Counted from the first letter of the stretch, positions 20,085 to 29,327 are shown. The stretch: 64,000 nucleotides of DNA from Candidatus Latescibacterota bacterium (GCA_963791045.1 CAWBQK010000009.1:96001-160000); one strand, 5' to 3'. Notes: generated by a model not told the origin, from the sequence alone. Program-made: numbers and translations.

Positions 20085-21368
20085 TTACTTCATCGCCTGA
20101 ATCGCCGTACCCAGATCGTAGCAGATCACGCCCATGGGTTCGGCGTCCGACTCTTCATCTTCGGATCCTTCTCCGGCGCCAAACATCGCGCGGCGGGCCG
20201 ACCGCAACCCCGTGACTACATAGAGACGGTCACCGACGATGTGAAGTCCGTCGTCGAGGTAATTCCCCTCGCCATTGAATGTGATTTCCCGTGTGAACTT
20301 CCCGTCCTTGTCGTACTCATCGACCGTCGCAATCACACCGTCGGGAGCGTCGAATCCGCCACGGCTGGATAGAACCCAGATCGTCCCATCTTCCCGCGGG
20401 AAGATCTCCTGGACATCGCGGTCCGTCTCGCTCGTCTTGACCTCGGGGCTCTCTGTCCGGTTGCCCCGCCGGAACATAACTCTCGGCGTAAAGATTTCTA
20501 TTTCTTCCGGCGAGCGTTTGCGGTGCACGTACTCGCGTTCGATCACACGATTGAGCGTGCCGTCGGGATTCCAGACGTCAATATTGTACGCGTCAAAATT
20601 TGCACTAGTGAATACACGACCGTCGGCGGCTGCGTTCCACACCAAAGCCCCCATCATTTTCTTCTCATCCATCACAAGGTTTGCGAAATCCCGTTCGTCC
20701 CTCTGCTCGGAGTACGCCGCGAACTGATTTCCATCTTTATCGACCGCCACGAGCGAGGAAATCATCTCGAAAGATGCCTCCTTACGGGCAAACCGGTTGA
20801 CCCAAAGCACCACAGCGTCCCCCGCGGCGGCGCCACCGGCAAACATCTGCATCCCCCCGTCGTCGGGCTGCGGCACGGCAAGATTTCCAGCCGGCTCCCC
20901 ATCGGTGGTGAGCAGAATGACCTTGCCGGGCATCCGCTGCATCACCGCCACCTTGCCGTCGGTCGTCATAAACATGTCGCTCGGCCGCCGGAATTCGCCG
21001 GGGCCTTCCCCTTCACGACCGATCGAACGGAGGTAATTGCCCTCCGGAGAAAAAACCATCACCTCGTTCAACTGGGCGTCGAGAAGGTAGATGTTGCCTT
21101 CTCCATCCGAGGCGATTTGGGTGAGCACGCCAAACAGGAATTCGTCGTCCTCGTCCCCCTCAATTCGCCATAACTCTTTGAGATTCAGTGTAGATGGCGT
21201 TCCGGCCGGCGCCGCGGGGTTCAAGACGTGAATGACGCCGTCCCGCACCTCTTCGCGGCCTTCCCAGGCGAGCGCGGGGCACGCGGCGGCGATCAGCACA
21301 AACAGCAAAATGACCACTCCCAGCGCCCCGGCGCACCGGGCGATCACGGCATTAAAACTGACTGACAT
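20085..21368 (-). CDS. Exported 6-bladed beta-propeller (NHL-like) protein
   Basis: Signal peptide ALA; GNIYLLD...VMVFSPEG..LRSIGREGEGPGEFRRP. Confidence 0.8.
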   Translation of the reverse strand: MSVSFNAVIARCAGALGVVILLFVLIAAACPALAWEGREEVRDGVIHVLNPAAPAGTPSTLNLKELWRIEGDEDDEFLFGVLTQIASDGEGNIYLLDAQLNEVMVFSPEGNYLRSIGREGEGPGEFRRPSDMFMTTDGKVAVMQRMPGKVILLTTDGEPAGNLAVPQPDDGGMQMFAGGAAAGDAVVLWVNRFARKEASFEMISSLVAVDKDGNQFAAYSEQRDERDFANLVMDEKKMMGALVWNAAADGRVFTSANFDAYNIDVWNPDGTLNRVIEREYVHRKRSPEEIEIFTPRVMFRRGNRTESPEVKTSETDRDVQEIFPREDGTIWVLSSRGGFDAPDGVIATVDEYDKDGKFTREITFNGEGNYLDDGLHIVGDRLYVVTGLRSARRAMFGAGEGSEDEESDAEPMGVICYDLGTAIQAMK

Positions 21369-21576
21369 AAGCTACTCTCCCATTATTTGAAATCAGTGAA
21401 TCGCTACCTCTGATTGAACACGGCCCCGAAAAAAAGGTTTCGCATTCGACCCCGACCGAACCCAGCACGATCCCCGCAATTTGAGCGAGGTTCCCGGTTA
21501 TCAATACGACGGGGTGAGGCACGCCCCACCCCGTCCGATATATGTTTTTCGAGTCGGAACCGCACCGGAGAGCCAA

Positions 21577-22128
21577 TCACCTCGGCGGCGGATATTTTGT
21601 GAAGATTTTGAAGATCGCGTCGTTGACGACCTGATCCGTCTTTTCCGGACTCCAGTTGGGATCGACCGTTCTCGTTCCCGACCCGCGCCAGACCAGTTCC
21701 TTGGCCTTAACATCGATGAGATCGATGATCAACGTCCCCTCATCGTACTGGTACACGTCGATCTGGCGGCCGCCCCATCCCCAATAGTCGTAACTGTACC
21801 GGTAACCCCAGTCGGTAACGTTTATTTTTTGCTCGACCCCGGTGTGAAACACGACAAATAGATCGGGGTTCGTTTCGTCGAGTGTCAGCCCTTTCTTCTC
21901 GAGCTGTTCGTTGACGGATCTTCGCACCCTCTGGTCAAAAAGCTCATTGTTGGCCCTCGCCTTCCGAGCATCCCCGGGAACCGTTTCTTTGTCGACTTTC
22001 AGCCATGCGAACGTCTTGTAAGCCGGGAACGGAGCATCCTTGTCCCAGTCATGATTGATACTTATCGACGAGCAGCCGACGGCAAGCGCTCCGATCAACA
22101 CAATCAGGATCAATGAAATTTTGTTCAT
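21577..22128 (-). CDS. DUF4136 family lipoprotein (copy 6)
   Basis: ATG 22128; lipobox AVGC; YKTFAW, VTDWGY, YDEGTLIIDLID..LVWRG, YPP. Confidence 0.9.
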   Translation of the reverse strand: MNKISLILIVLIGALAVGCSSISINHDWDKDAPFPAYKTFAWLKVDKETVPGDARKARANNELFDQRVRRSVNEQLEKKGLTLDETNPDLFVVFHTGVEQKINVTDWGYRYSYDYWGWGGRQIDVYQYDEGTLIIDLIDVKAKELVWRGSGTRTVDPNWSPEKTDQVVNDAIFKIFTKYPPPR

Positions 22129-22370
22129 CACGGTCCCCCAATGGATTCTCCGGGCATTATTGAAATCATCATAAACTCGTAATCCAATACTAAGATATCG
22201 CTTATGGGGTGTCCAACACAAACAACCCCGGTTTTGCGCTCGAATGCTATGAGCCGGATGTGGTTCGAGTACTGTGATGCACCAACATCCCGCGCGGAAC
22301 CCGAATAAACCGTCTAAACAACGCCAATTCGGTCAAGCACGCACCGGCGCAATTCAACGATTCTGGACGC

Positions 22371-22399
22371 TTGACGAACGCGGCCTTAACCCATAAATT
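22371..22399 (+). promoter_or_regulatory. Putative sigma70 promoter for the DUF481 gene
   Basis: TTGACG-N17-TAAATT. Confidence 0.45.
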
Positions 22400-22488
22400 G
22401 TGCGTATCGAATTTTCGCGGATTCGGCCTCGCGGCGATCTCCTATTGGCCGCTTCGCAAAATCCATTTACCTCAACAAAGGAAATCAA

Positions 22489-23388
22489 ATGATCCGACTC
22501 ATTCGTTCACGTGCGACCGGCGCGCGTCTCGCAATGGCTCTTGCGGCCGCCGTCGTAGCAATCGCTTTTGCGGCAACCAACCTATGGGCGCAAGACGACA
22601 AGGAAGAAAAAAAGTACGGATGGTTTTTGAAGGCCGACCTTGCATGGCTCATGACCACGGGTAACTCCGAGAACAGCACCTTTGGCCTCAACGGCGAGGC
22701 AAAACGCGTGTGGGAAAAATCCACACTCAAACTCGGCGCCGGCGGCACGCAAACCGAGTCCTCACTCAAGACGCGGACGGCCGTCGGAACATCGGAGAGT
22801 TTCGCCGTCGAGGAAAACAAGGTCACGGAAAAAACCGCCGAACTCTTCTATGCTTTCGGTCGGTACGACTACAACATTTCCAAGCGCTTTTTTACGTTTG
22901 GCGGCGCCCACTGGCTGAGGAACCGGTTCTCGGGCATCGACAGTCGTTTTCTGCTCGCCCTAGGCGCCGGTAACACATGGGTGAACCGGGAGACCATGAG
23001 CTTCAAAACAGATTACGGCGTTACATACACATTCGAGGAAGAGGTCGTCGAAAATCCGTTCCACTCGACCAACTTCCCCGGCATCCGTCTGGGATTCGAT
23101 TACTGGTGGCAGATGACGACGTCCACGGAGTTTATCAGTGATTTCGTCATGGACTTGAATCTCGACAACACCGACGACGTAAGGATCGCGTTCAAGAATG
23201 AACTCCCCGTCTCGATCAGTTCGCACCTCAAACTCAAACCGGCGGTCACACTTCAGTGGCGGAACCAGCCCGCGCTGACCGAGGTCGCCCTGTACGACGA
23301 CACCGGCACACCAACGGATACCAATGTGTTTATCCCTCTCGAAAAGCTCGACGTGCTCACCTCGGTGGCGCTTGTTCTCGAGTGGTAG
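22489..23388 (+). CDS. DUF481 (YdiY-like) outer membrane beta-barrel
   Basis: Signal peptide; TTGNSENST, WLRNRFSGIDSR, LEKLDVLTSVALV. Confidence 0.8.
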   Translation: MIRLIRSRATGARLAMALAAAVVAIAFAATNLWAQDDKEEKKYGWFLKADLAWLMTTGNSENSTFGLNGEAKRVWEKSTLKLGAGGTQTESSLKTRTAVGTSESFAVEENKVTEKTAELFYAFGRYDYNISKRFFTFGGAHWLRNRFSGIDSRFLLALGAGNTWVNRETMSFKTDYGVTYTFEEEVVENPFHSTNFPGIRLGFDYWWQMTTSTEFISDFVMDLNLDNTDDVRIAFKNELPVSISSHLKLKPAVTLQWRNQPALTEVALYDDTGTPTDTNVFIPLEKLDVLTSVALVLEW

Positions 23389-23424
23389 CCGTTCGATACG
23401 AAGAAAAAAGGAAATCCACTAAAG

Positions 23425-23450
23425 AGGGCCGGGACATCCCCGGCCCTTTC
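23425..23450 (+). terminator. Putative intrinsic terminator
   Basis: AGGGCCGGG-acatc-CCCGGCCCT followed by a short T run. Confidence 0.55.
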
Positions 23451-23649
23451 TCATGTCAGTCCTTCTCGTTTCCAGCCATTTCCCATCCTTCCCCGGAACG
23501 GATGTTGCATCCCTCTGATTCTGTCAACTCAAGAAAGCAACCCGGGCTGCGGCGTGTGGCGCCGCTCCGATGTCCCGCTTCGGCGGCACAAACAGTTAAC
23601 AGATTATATAACAGATAGTTGCGATCACGAATAACGCGAGGTACCTGCT

Positions 23650-24321
23650 ATGAAGACGGCTCTTGTTGTTGGAATTTGTCTGGCAATCGGATTGTCACCG
23701 AGCATTCTGCACGACGCGATAGCGGCCCCCCAGAGCGGGTCGGGAACATCGCTGAGCAACTCCGAAATCTCGGATCTCAAAAACATGCTCAACCGCGATC
23801 AACGGGAACTCCGCGATTTCCAGGGACTTATCCGCGATCTCGAATCCGCCGCCAAAGAATCGAGCGGCGCTCGACGTCAAAAAACAATCGATAAACTCCA
23901 GGAAGCCATGGCACGCGAAATCATCCAGGCGGAAGAAAATCTCAACAAGGATTATTTCTTGCGGATTCACGGCGAAGTTTCCAAGAGAGACGCCTCAAGT
24001 TCCGTCCCTCAGGGCACATCCGCCGTCTTCACACCCGAACACCAGCGGCTCACCTATATGCAGTCGATCTATCGTGTGTGTTCGAGGGGCACACGGCGCG
24101 CCGTCAACAAGGAATCCCAGGGCGTAGAGAATTACCTTCAGAAGGTTAAGGATTTCGCCGTTCTCATGCAGACCGACATACAGAGAATCAAAAACCGCCT
24201 TGAGCAATGCCACGGGGAACAGCTCGCAGGGGGCATCGCTCTGGCAGAGCGGTTTCTAGAACATAGAATTTGGCTTGGTTCCGGTGGATGTTTCTTTGTC
24301 AGGACGTCGCACCCACAATGA
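23650..24321 (+). CDS. Exported helical/coiled-coil hypothetical protein
   Basis: GAGGT RBS, signal peptide, heptad-like helices; the last ~35 aa look atypical. Confidence 0.55.
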   Translation: MKTALVVGICLAIGLSPSILHDAIAAPQSGSGTSLSNSEISDLKNMLNRDQRELRDFQGLIRDLESAAKESSGARRQKTIDKLQEAMAREIIQAEENLNKDYFLRIHGEVSKRDASSSVPQGTSAVFTPEHQRLTYMQSIYRVCSRGTRRAVNKESQGVENYLQKVKDFAVLMQTDIQRIKNRLEQCHGEQLAGGIALAERFLEHRIWLGSGGCFFVRTSHPQ

Positions 24322-24360
24322 CCCCGCTCACAAGAGCGGGTCATTGTGTATTCGGCGCGA

Positions 24361-25977
24361 CTATGATTTCTTCCCTCGAAAACGTTTGACCACTTCGCTC
24401 ACCGGAAGCTGGCGACTCGACGGGCCAACCCTCACGAAGAACTTTTCATCTTTCCCGTGTTTAAAAAAGACCGGCTCGGTCGCCACGGCGCATTCGACGA
24501 CAAAGAGGCTCTTACCTCCCACCGCGCGAATCGCCGCATCGACAAACGATCTTGCTTCCAGGCCGATATGATCCTTGAACAGATTATTAAAATGGAGAAG
24601 GAACTTGTCGTCGTTCTCAAACCGGTCGGCTTCTATTCCGGTGACGTCGCCTTCATCATCGATTCCGATGAAAAGAACACCGCCATCTGTGTTCAAGAAC
24701 GCAACGAGTGTTTTGAGCCAGGCCATTTCGATTTCTTTGCCCGGCCGATCGGCGGAGAGATTCCAGCGCATCGTTGACTTGAACTCCAGACGGTCGCCCT
24801 CGCCTTCGGCGATGAGCCGGCGAATCGAGTCTTCGGTGCTCAAATCAAATGCCGGTGCCTCGGGTTGTTCCTTGAACACGTACCGGGTGAGAACGAAGGT
24901 GACCACGGCGCTCATCAATAGCAACCCGGCCAGCATCAGCGCATAGCGATGCTGCTCGTGCCTCACATCGTCAAGAAACTCTCTTTCGGGGAGCAACACG
25001 GCAAGATAAGGCGGCGCCGAATCCAGCGCCACAGTCCGGAAATCCACCCACCACCGCTCTCCGTCGCTTTGAATGATCGACTGGCTGCCGAGGGGCTCGC
25101 CGGCAGCCTTCCACGCGTCCACCGACTCTTTCTCGAGGCCCTCCGGTTCGCGGGTACCCACAATCGAATCGGCCGACGCCGTGCCTCCAGGTTCTGGTGT
25201 GATCACACGACCGTTGCCCGCAAGCAAAAACGCTTTTCCCTTCTCCCGGGCGATCGCATGATCGGCAAACCCGAGAACCGCTTCAAGAGGGACATCCAGG
25301 CCGGCTACATAGATGACCGGTTCGTCATCGGGCGACAACCAGTATTTTGACAGCGTGATCCCGATCTGCCGCGTTGTAAAAAACGCGTACGGCTGAGTCC
25401 ACTGTATGTCACCCGTCCCAACCGCCGTGTCTTCGAGCGCCGCTCTGTACCACAACCTTGAACGGGGATCGTAGTCGATTGCCTCCGTCCACTCCTCGAC
25501 GAATTCGAGCGTCGCCGTCCATCTTTGCCACGACACCATTCCTGGGTCGTTACCCGCATCTGTCATCCTTGTGAGCCAGCCGCTATCATCCCGGAGCATC
25601 ATGTACTCGGCGCCGCGATCGTTGGCGATCATCATCGAAGTCACATATGGAAACTCATCGAGGATTGGGATAAAACGCGTATTGAGAGATTTGGGGTCGG
25701 AGAGATCGAGCGCACCGAATTCACCCCATTTCTCGGTCACCCTGAGATACGATTCGACCCTCTCGAAAAGCGCTCGAAGATCATCCCGGAATTCGACTTC
25801 GACACGATCCGCGGTATTTCGCATCAACGTCTGGAAAATCTCACGGCGGATTCCCGACGACAACTCGATGGTAACAGCGGAGACTACCGCAATGCCCACA
25901 AGGGCGAAAATAATCCCGTTGCGGAGCCTGACTCGTTTGTGCGGATGGTCTTTTTTGGAAGAGTTCATCGCCGACAT
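24361..25977 (-). CDS. Membrane sensor: TM - dCache_1 - TM - Schlafen/AlbA_2 domain
   Basis: TM1 GIIFALVGIAVVSAVTI; YDPRSRLWY...WTQPY...VAGLD; TM2 ALMLAGLLLMSAVVTFVL; GEGDRLEFKST...KTLVAFLNTDGGVLFIGIDD...FFVRVGPSS. The ORF-track extension to 26040 abuts a terminator, so the start is placed at 25977 (or 25968). Confidence 0.85.
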   Translation of the reverse strand: MSAMNSSKKDHPHKRVRLRNGIIFALVGIAVVSAVTIELSSGIRREIFQTLMRNTADRVEVEFRDDLRALFERVESYLRVTEKWGEFGALDLSDPKSLNTRFIPILDEFPYVTSMMIANDRGAEYMMLRDDSGWLTRMTDAGNDPGMVSWQRWTATLEFVEEWTEAIDYDPRSRLWYRAALEDTAVGTGDIQWTQPYAFFTTRQIGITLSKYWLSPDDEPVIYVAGLDVPLEAVLGFADHAIAREKGKAFLLAGNGRVITPEPGGTASADSIVGTREPEGLEKESVDAWKAAGEPLGSQSIIQSDGERWWVDFRTVALDSAPPYLAVLLPEREFLDDVRHEQHRYALMLAGLLLMSAVVTFVLTRYVFKEQPEAPAFDLSTEDSIRRLIAEGEGDRLEFKSTMRWNLSADRPGKEIEMAWLKTLVAFLNTDGGVLFIGIDDEGDVTGIEADRFENDDKFLLHFNNLFKDHIGLEARSFVDAAIRAVGGKSLFVVECAVATEPVFFKHGKDEKFFVRVGPSSRQLPVSEVVKRFRGKKS

Positions 25978-26040
25978 TCTAGCAGGGCGCGGCGGCGGCG
26001 TCAAAAACCGTCCTTTTATTTCTTCGATGCGGCAATACAC

Positions 26041-26071
26041 AAAAAGGCGTCCCGGTGTACACCGGGACGCC
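26041..26071 (-). terminator. Intrinsic terminator (perfect 26-bp palindrome)
   Basis: GGCGTCCCGGTGT|ACACCGGGACGCC (26046-26071) with a minus-strand T5 tail, downstream of the gene ending at 26150. Confidence 0.8.
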
Positions 26072-26149
26072 CCTGGGGATATTCCGCTATGTTCCGTCTG
26101 TCTGGACTATCATGTTCCTTAAATCTTCGGTGGCCCCAATCGATAGCGA

Positions 26150-26653
26150 TTATTTGTAAAGCTCCTTGATGTGTCCCCACGTCTTGTCGTCTGTGGGCAC
26201 CTTCTGACAGGTGAAACACTCTTCCTGCTCGAGCATAACCGCGCCCGTCGCATCCACGAACTGGACGACATAACAACAGAAATCCGGGTCGAGCAGAAAC
26301 GCGAACTGGCCTTTAGACGATTCGTTCCCAATGCAGTCACCCGGCGTCAGAGCGAACCAATCCGCTCCACCGAACGGATTCAGAAAACCCGTCCAACCCA
26401 CCGGATACTGGAGATCGATCATCACGCACTCGGCCACGGGCGGTTGCGGCTCGGGAACCATGCTCAGGCCACAAACGGCCGACGGCAGGCTGAAGTTCAC
26501 AATGGTGAAATAAGTCCAAACATCCCAGGGCGGACCGTCACCAACAGTGACACAGGAGTCCTGAACCACCGAGGCTTCGGCGTGGGCGAGGACGGGTAAC
26601 ACAAGCACGACAATAAATGACACGGCCAGCAACAATAACAGTTGTCTGGTCAT
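26150..26653 (-). CDS. Small secreted Cys-rich protein with C-terminal TWGxIKxLY motif
   Basis: ATG 26653 with G-rich RBS; signal peptide (LAHAEA); 8 Cys in the mature part; ends VPTDDKTWGHIKELYK. Confidence 0.8.
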   Translation of the reverse strand: MTRQLLLLLAVSFIVVLVLPVLAHAEASVVQDSCVTVGDGPPWDVWTYFTIVNFSLPSAVCGLSMVPEPQPPVAECVMIDLQYPVGWTGFLNPFGGADWFALTPGDCIGNESSKGQFAFLLDPDFCCYVVQFVDATGAVMLEQEECFTCQKVPTDDKTWGHIKELYK

Positions 26654-26735
26654 AAGGAATCCCCCCAATGGTAGAATTGCACTGCAAAAATTTAAGGTTC
26701 CAATAATTGCGGACTATATTCGACGGAATGGCGGT

Positions 26736-26764
26736 ATTTTACACGAAATTGGCTCTGGAATCAA
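26736..26764 (-). promoter_or_regulatory. Putative sigma70 promoter
   Basis: TTGATT (26764-26759)-N17-TAAAAT (26741-26736). Confidence 0.6.
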
Positions 26765-26784
26765 CAAAAACCGGGTTGTTGCAG

Positions 26785-26798
26785 TTGACGGAAATCAA
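26785..26798. promoter_or_regulatory. FNR-type box 1
   Basis: TTGAC-GGAA-ATCAA with flanks CAG/CTG extending the palindrome. Confidence 0.75.
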
Positions 26799-26806
26799 CT
26801 GTTGAC

Positions 26807-26820
26807 TTGATTATTATCAA
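26807..26820. promoter_or_regulatory. FNR-type box 2
   Basis: TTGAT-TATT-ATCAA, a perfect FNR consensus. Confidence 0.8.
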
Positions 26821-26843
26821 CAATGAGAACCAGGCCGCAGACA

Positions 26844-27551
26844 TCACCCCTCGGCGATACGACGGAGCGCGCGGGGTTTTGGAACGGCGATGTTCTTCCG
26901 GTCGAGCGTTATGAGGCCCTTATCTGAGAACTCGCGAAGAATTCGCGAGAGCGTTTCGGGTGTTGTCCCGATCATCTGCGCCATCTCCTCGCGGAGCAGC
27001 GGCACGGTGATCTTGTTCGCTTTTTTGGATGACGGATGGAGGTTTTCGAGGAGCCAGAGAAGAAACCGGGCGGTTCTCTGACGGACGGGATCCTGGGTCC
27101 GGGTGACCATCTGTTCTTCGGAGATACGAAGCTCCGACGCGAGCTTTGCCATCAGCCGCATGGTGATTTCAAAATCGTCCTTGACAACCGATTCGAGCGT
27201 TTCTTTAGAAATTGTGCAGATGGTGGTTTCTTCGACCGCTTCGGCGGTTGCCGCATACGGCTCATCCGCGGCCAGCGCACGATAGCCGACAATCTCCCCC
27301 GGCCCGAGAAGACGGATCAATACCTTTTTGCCGTTGTTCCCCGTTTTGTACAGCTTTACAACACCAGTACATATGCAATACACGGCCAGAGGGGGGTTGC
27401 CCTCATAAAAAACGACCTGGCCGCGCTGGTATTCGTGCGCGATCTTTTGTCGATCAAGTTTTAAAAGATGTGATCCGGTAAGCGAGCAAAACAATCCTTG
27501 ATCTCGCGCTCCACACGTGCTGCAACGCGGGAGCTCTGCGTAGGATTTCAT
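26844..27551 (-). CDS. Crp/Fnr family regulator with N-terminal Cys cluster (FNR-like)
   Basis: CSTCGARDQGLFC, cNMP-like barrel, central ICTI, HTH REEMAQMIGTTPETLSR. Confidence 0.9.
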   Translation of the reverse strand: MKSYAELPRCSTCGARDQGLFCSLTGSHLLKLDRQKIAHEYQRGQVVFYEGNPPLAVYCICTGVVKLYKTGNNGKKVLIRLLGPGEIVGYRALAADEPYAATAEAVEETTICTISKETLESVVKDDFEITMRLMAKLASELRISEEQMVTRTQDPVRQRTARFLLWLLENLHPSSKKANKITVPLLREEMAQMIGTTPETLSRILREFSDKGLITLDRKNIAVPKPRALRRIAEG

Positions 27552-27616
27552 GGATTGATTATACCCACCGCCGCGGAATGTGTAAAGTACCTCGGGGTAG
27601 AATTTTTCCGGAACGG

Positions 27617-29044
27617 CTAGATGTCGTCGTCGAGCAGCGTCGTATCACCCTTGTAGAGCGTTACGCCGTAAGGTGTTTTGTCCCGCGCAAACCCTCTTGG
27701 CTTGGTAAAAAGCGGATCATTGTACACATAACTAAGGAGTTCGTCGCGGTACCTCGGGTGGGCGATGCTCGCGATCGCCAGCGCTTTCGCCCCCGCGGTC
27801 AGTCCGCGCAGATCCGCAACGCCGTACTCCGTGACTATCACTACGCCGTCGTAGGCCGATGCGGTAAGACTGACACCGGAAGGATGCTCCTTGGCAATCT
27901 TGGAATCGCCCTTGTTAGTCACACTCTTGACGGCGATGATCGGGGTACCGAATTCGGGATCGTTCAGGGCGCGGACGAAGTCCGGCTGACCGCCTACGCC
28001 CGAATAGTAACTTCCCGCATCGATAAAGTCAGCCCAGACGTTTCCGAACAGATCCACGCCAATCGCCGTGTTCACGGAGACAAACGGGGCGTTGCGTCTG
28101 ATCATCTCCGCCGAATTCGTGTACGCACAAGGCCGCATCTGAACGCCGGCGCGCATGTCCACAAAGTCATAGAGTTCTTTCGAACCCATGATGATACTCG
28201 TCGTGCTGTACCCGAATCCCGTTTTTTTCTCGCTGTTGGTGACGATCCCCATTTTCTGGAGATGCATTAATCCGTCGCTGTAGAGCTCTGTGTGCACGCC
28301 GAGATCTTCGTAGTCCGCCTCCTTGATCATTCCCACAACGGCATCGGTAATCTTGCCGATACCAACCTGGAGCGTCACACCATCCGAAACGAACTGGTCC
28401 GTGATGAGCTCCCCTATTCGTCTCGCACGCGGCAAAATGTTGTCAAAGTCGGGACCCGGGAAGTCGTAGACCGGTTTCACTCCGTCATCGACAACCAGGT
28501 AATCTATCGTACTGGCGTCGATGATGCTCTGACCGTAAGTAAAGGGCATGCTGTCGTCGTACTCGGCGATGACGAGCTCGGCGTGATCGATCGCCGTGTG
28601 GAGCCCTTCCACCGACAACCCAAGACTGAATTCCCCGGTTTTCTCATACCGGCGGACTTTCATGATAACGATGTCGGGCTCGTACTGACGGCCCTTCCCG
28701 ATCAAGCTCTTGAGATTCGCCAGCGTGCACGGCACGTAGAACGCGCGGCCATCGTTGGCCGCTTTCCTGACATTCTCGCCCGAAAAGATCGAATACGCCA
28801 TCACACGGTCCTGAAGTCCTTTTTTGACATACGGGACGGGGCCGCGGAGAAGCAGGTGGACCATCTTGACGAACGGAAGGGACGGCGTCCCCGTTTCAAT
28901 CGCTTCGGTCAGGGCTTCCAGCGAAGCCGTGGGCGTTGCCGCGTTTGAACCGACGTAGCACGTAATTATGTCTTTGTGTTTGAACTTTTCGGCGATCACG
29001 CCGGTGATCTGGTCGAGTTTTATTGTTTCGGGCGTTTTCAACAT
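27617..29044 (-). CDS. Acetyl-CoA hydrolase/transferase family (4-hydroxybutyrate CoA-transferase-like)
   Basis: TLQVGIG, LGVHTE (catalytic Glu), SGVGGQPDF, IVTEYGVADLRG, IAHP.R. Confidence 0.9.
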   Translation of the reverse strand: MLKTPETIKLDQITGVIAEKFKHKDIITCYVGSNAATPTASLEALTEAIETGTPSLPFVKMVHLLLRGPVPYVKKGLQDRVMAYSIFSGENVRKAANDGRAFYVPCTLANLKSLIGKGRQYEPDIVIMKVRRYEKTGEFSLGLSVEGLHTAIDHAELVIAEYDDSMPFTYGQSIIDASTIDYLVVDDGVKPVYDFPGPDFDNILPRARRIGELITDQFVSDGVTLQVGIGKITDAVVGMIKEADYEDLGVHTELYSDGLMHLQKMGIVTNSEKKTGFGYSTTSIIMGSKELYDFVDMRAGVQMRPCAYTNSAEMIRRNAPFVSVNTAIGVDLFGNVWADFIDAGSYYSGVGGQPDFVRALNDPEFGTPIIAVKSVTNKGDSKIAKEHPSGVSLTASAYDGVVIVTEYGVADLRGLTAGAKALAIASIAHPRYRDELLSYVYNDPLFTKPRGFARDKTPYGVTLYKGDTTLLDDDI

Positions 29045-29327
29045 TCTTCCTCCCGGAGGACTTTTAATTGGTTAACGGCGATACTAAATGAAATCATACC
29101 GCGGGTAAAGCCCGATAAAAACACGGCGCCCCCGCCTTGAGCGCCGGCGAGGAAGGGCGCTTCCGAGACCGCCGGCCTTAAAAACTTCGGAGCGCCTATC
29201 TCGCCCGGCCCTGAAACTCACGGTTGTCTCATTTGACGCGACGTCGCCCATCGCTATACGCTATAATCGAAATATCGGCATTGATGCAGCAGGCAATTAC
29301 TCCGACGCGCACACACCCCGGGAACAC

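Noticed and set aside
24200-24321. Possible frameshift at the end of the 23650 protein
   Set aside because: The tail looks atypical, but no homolog or motif is available to support a shift.
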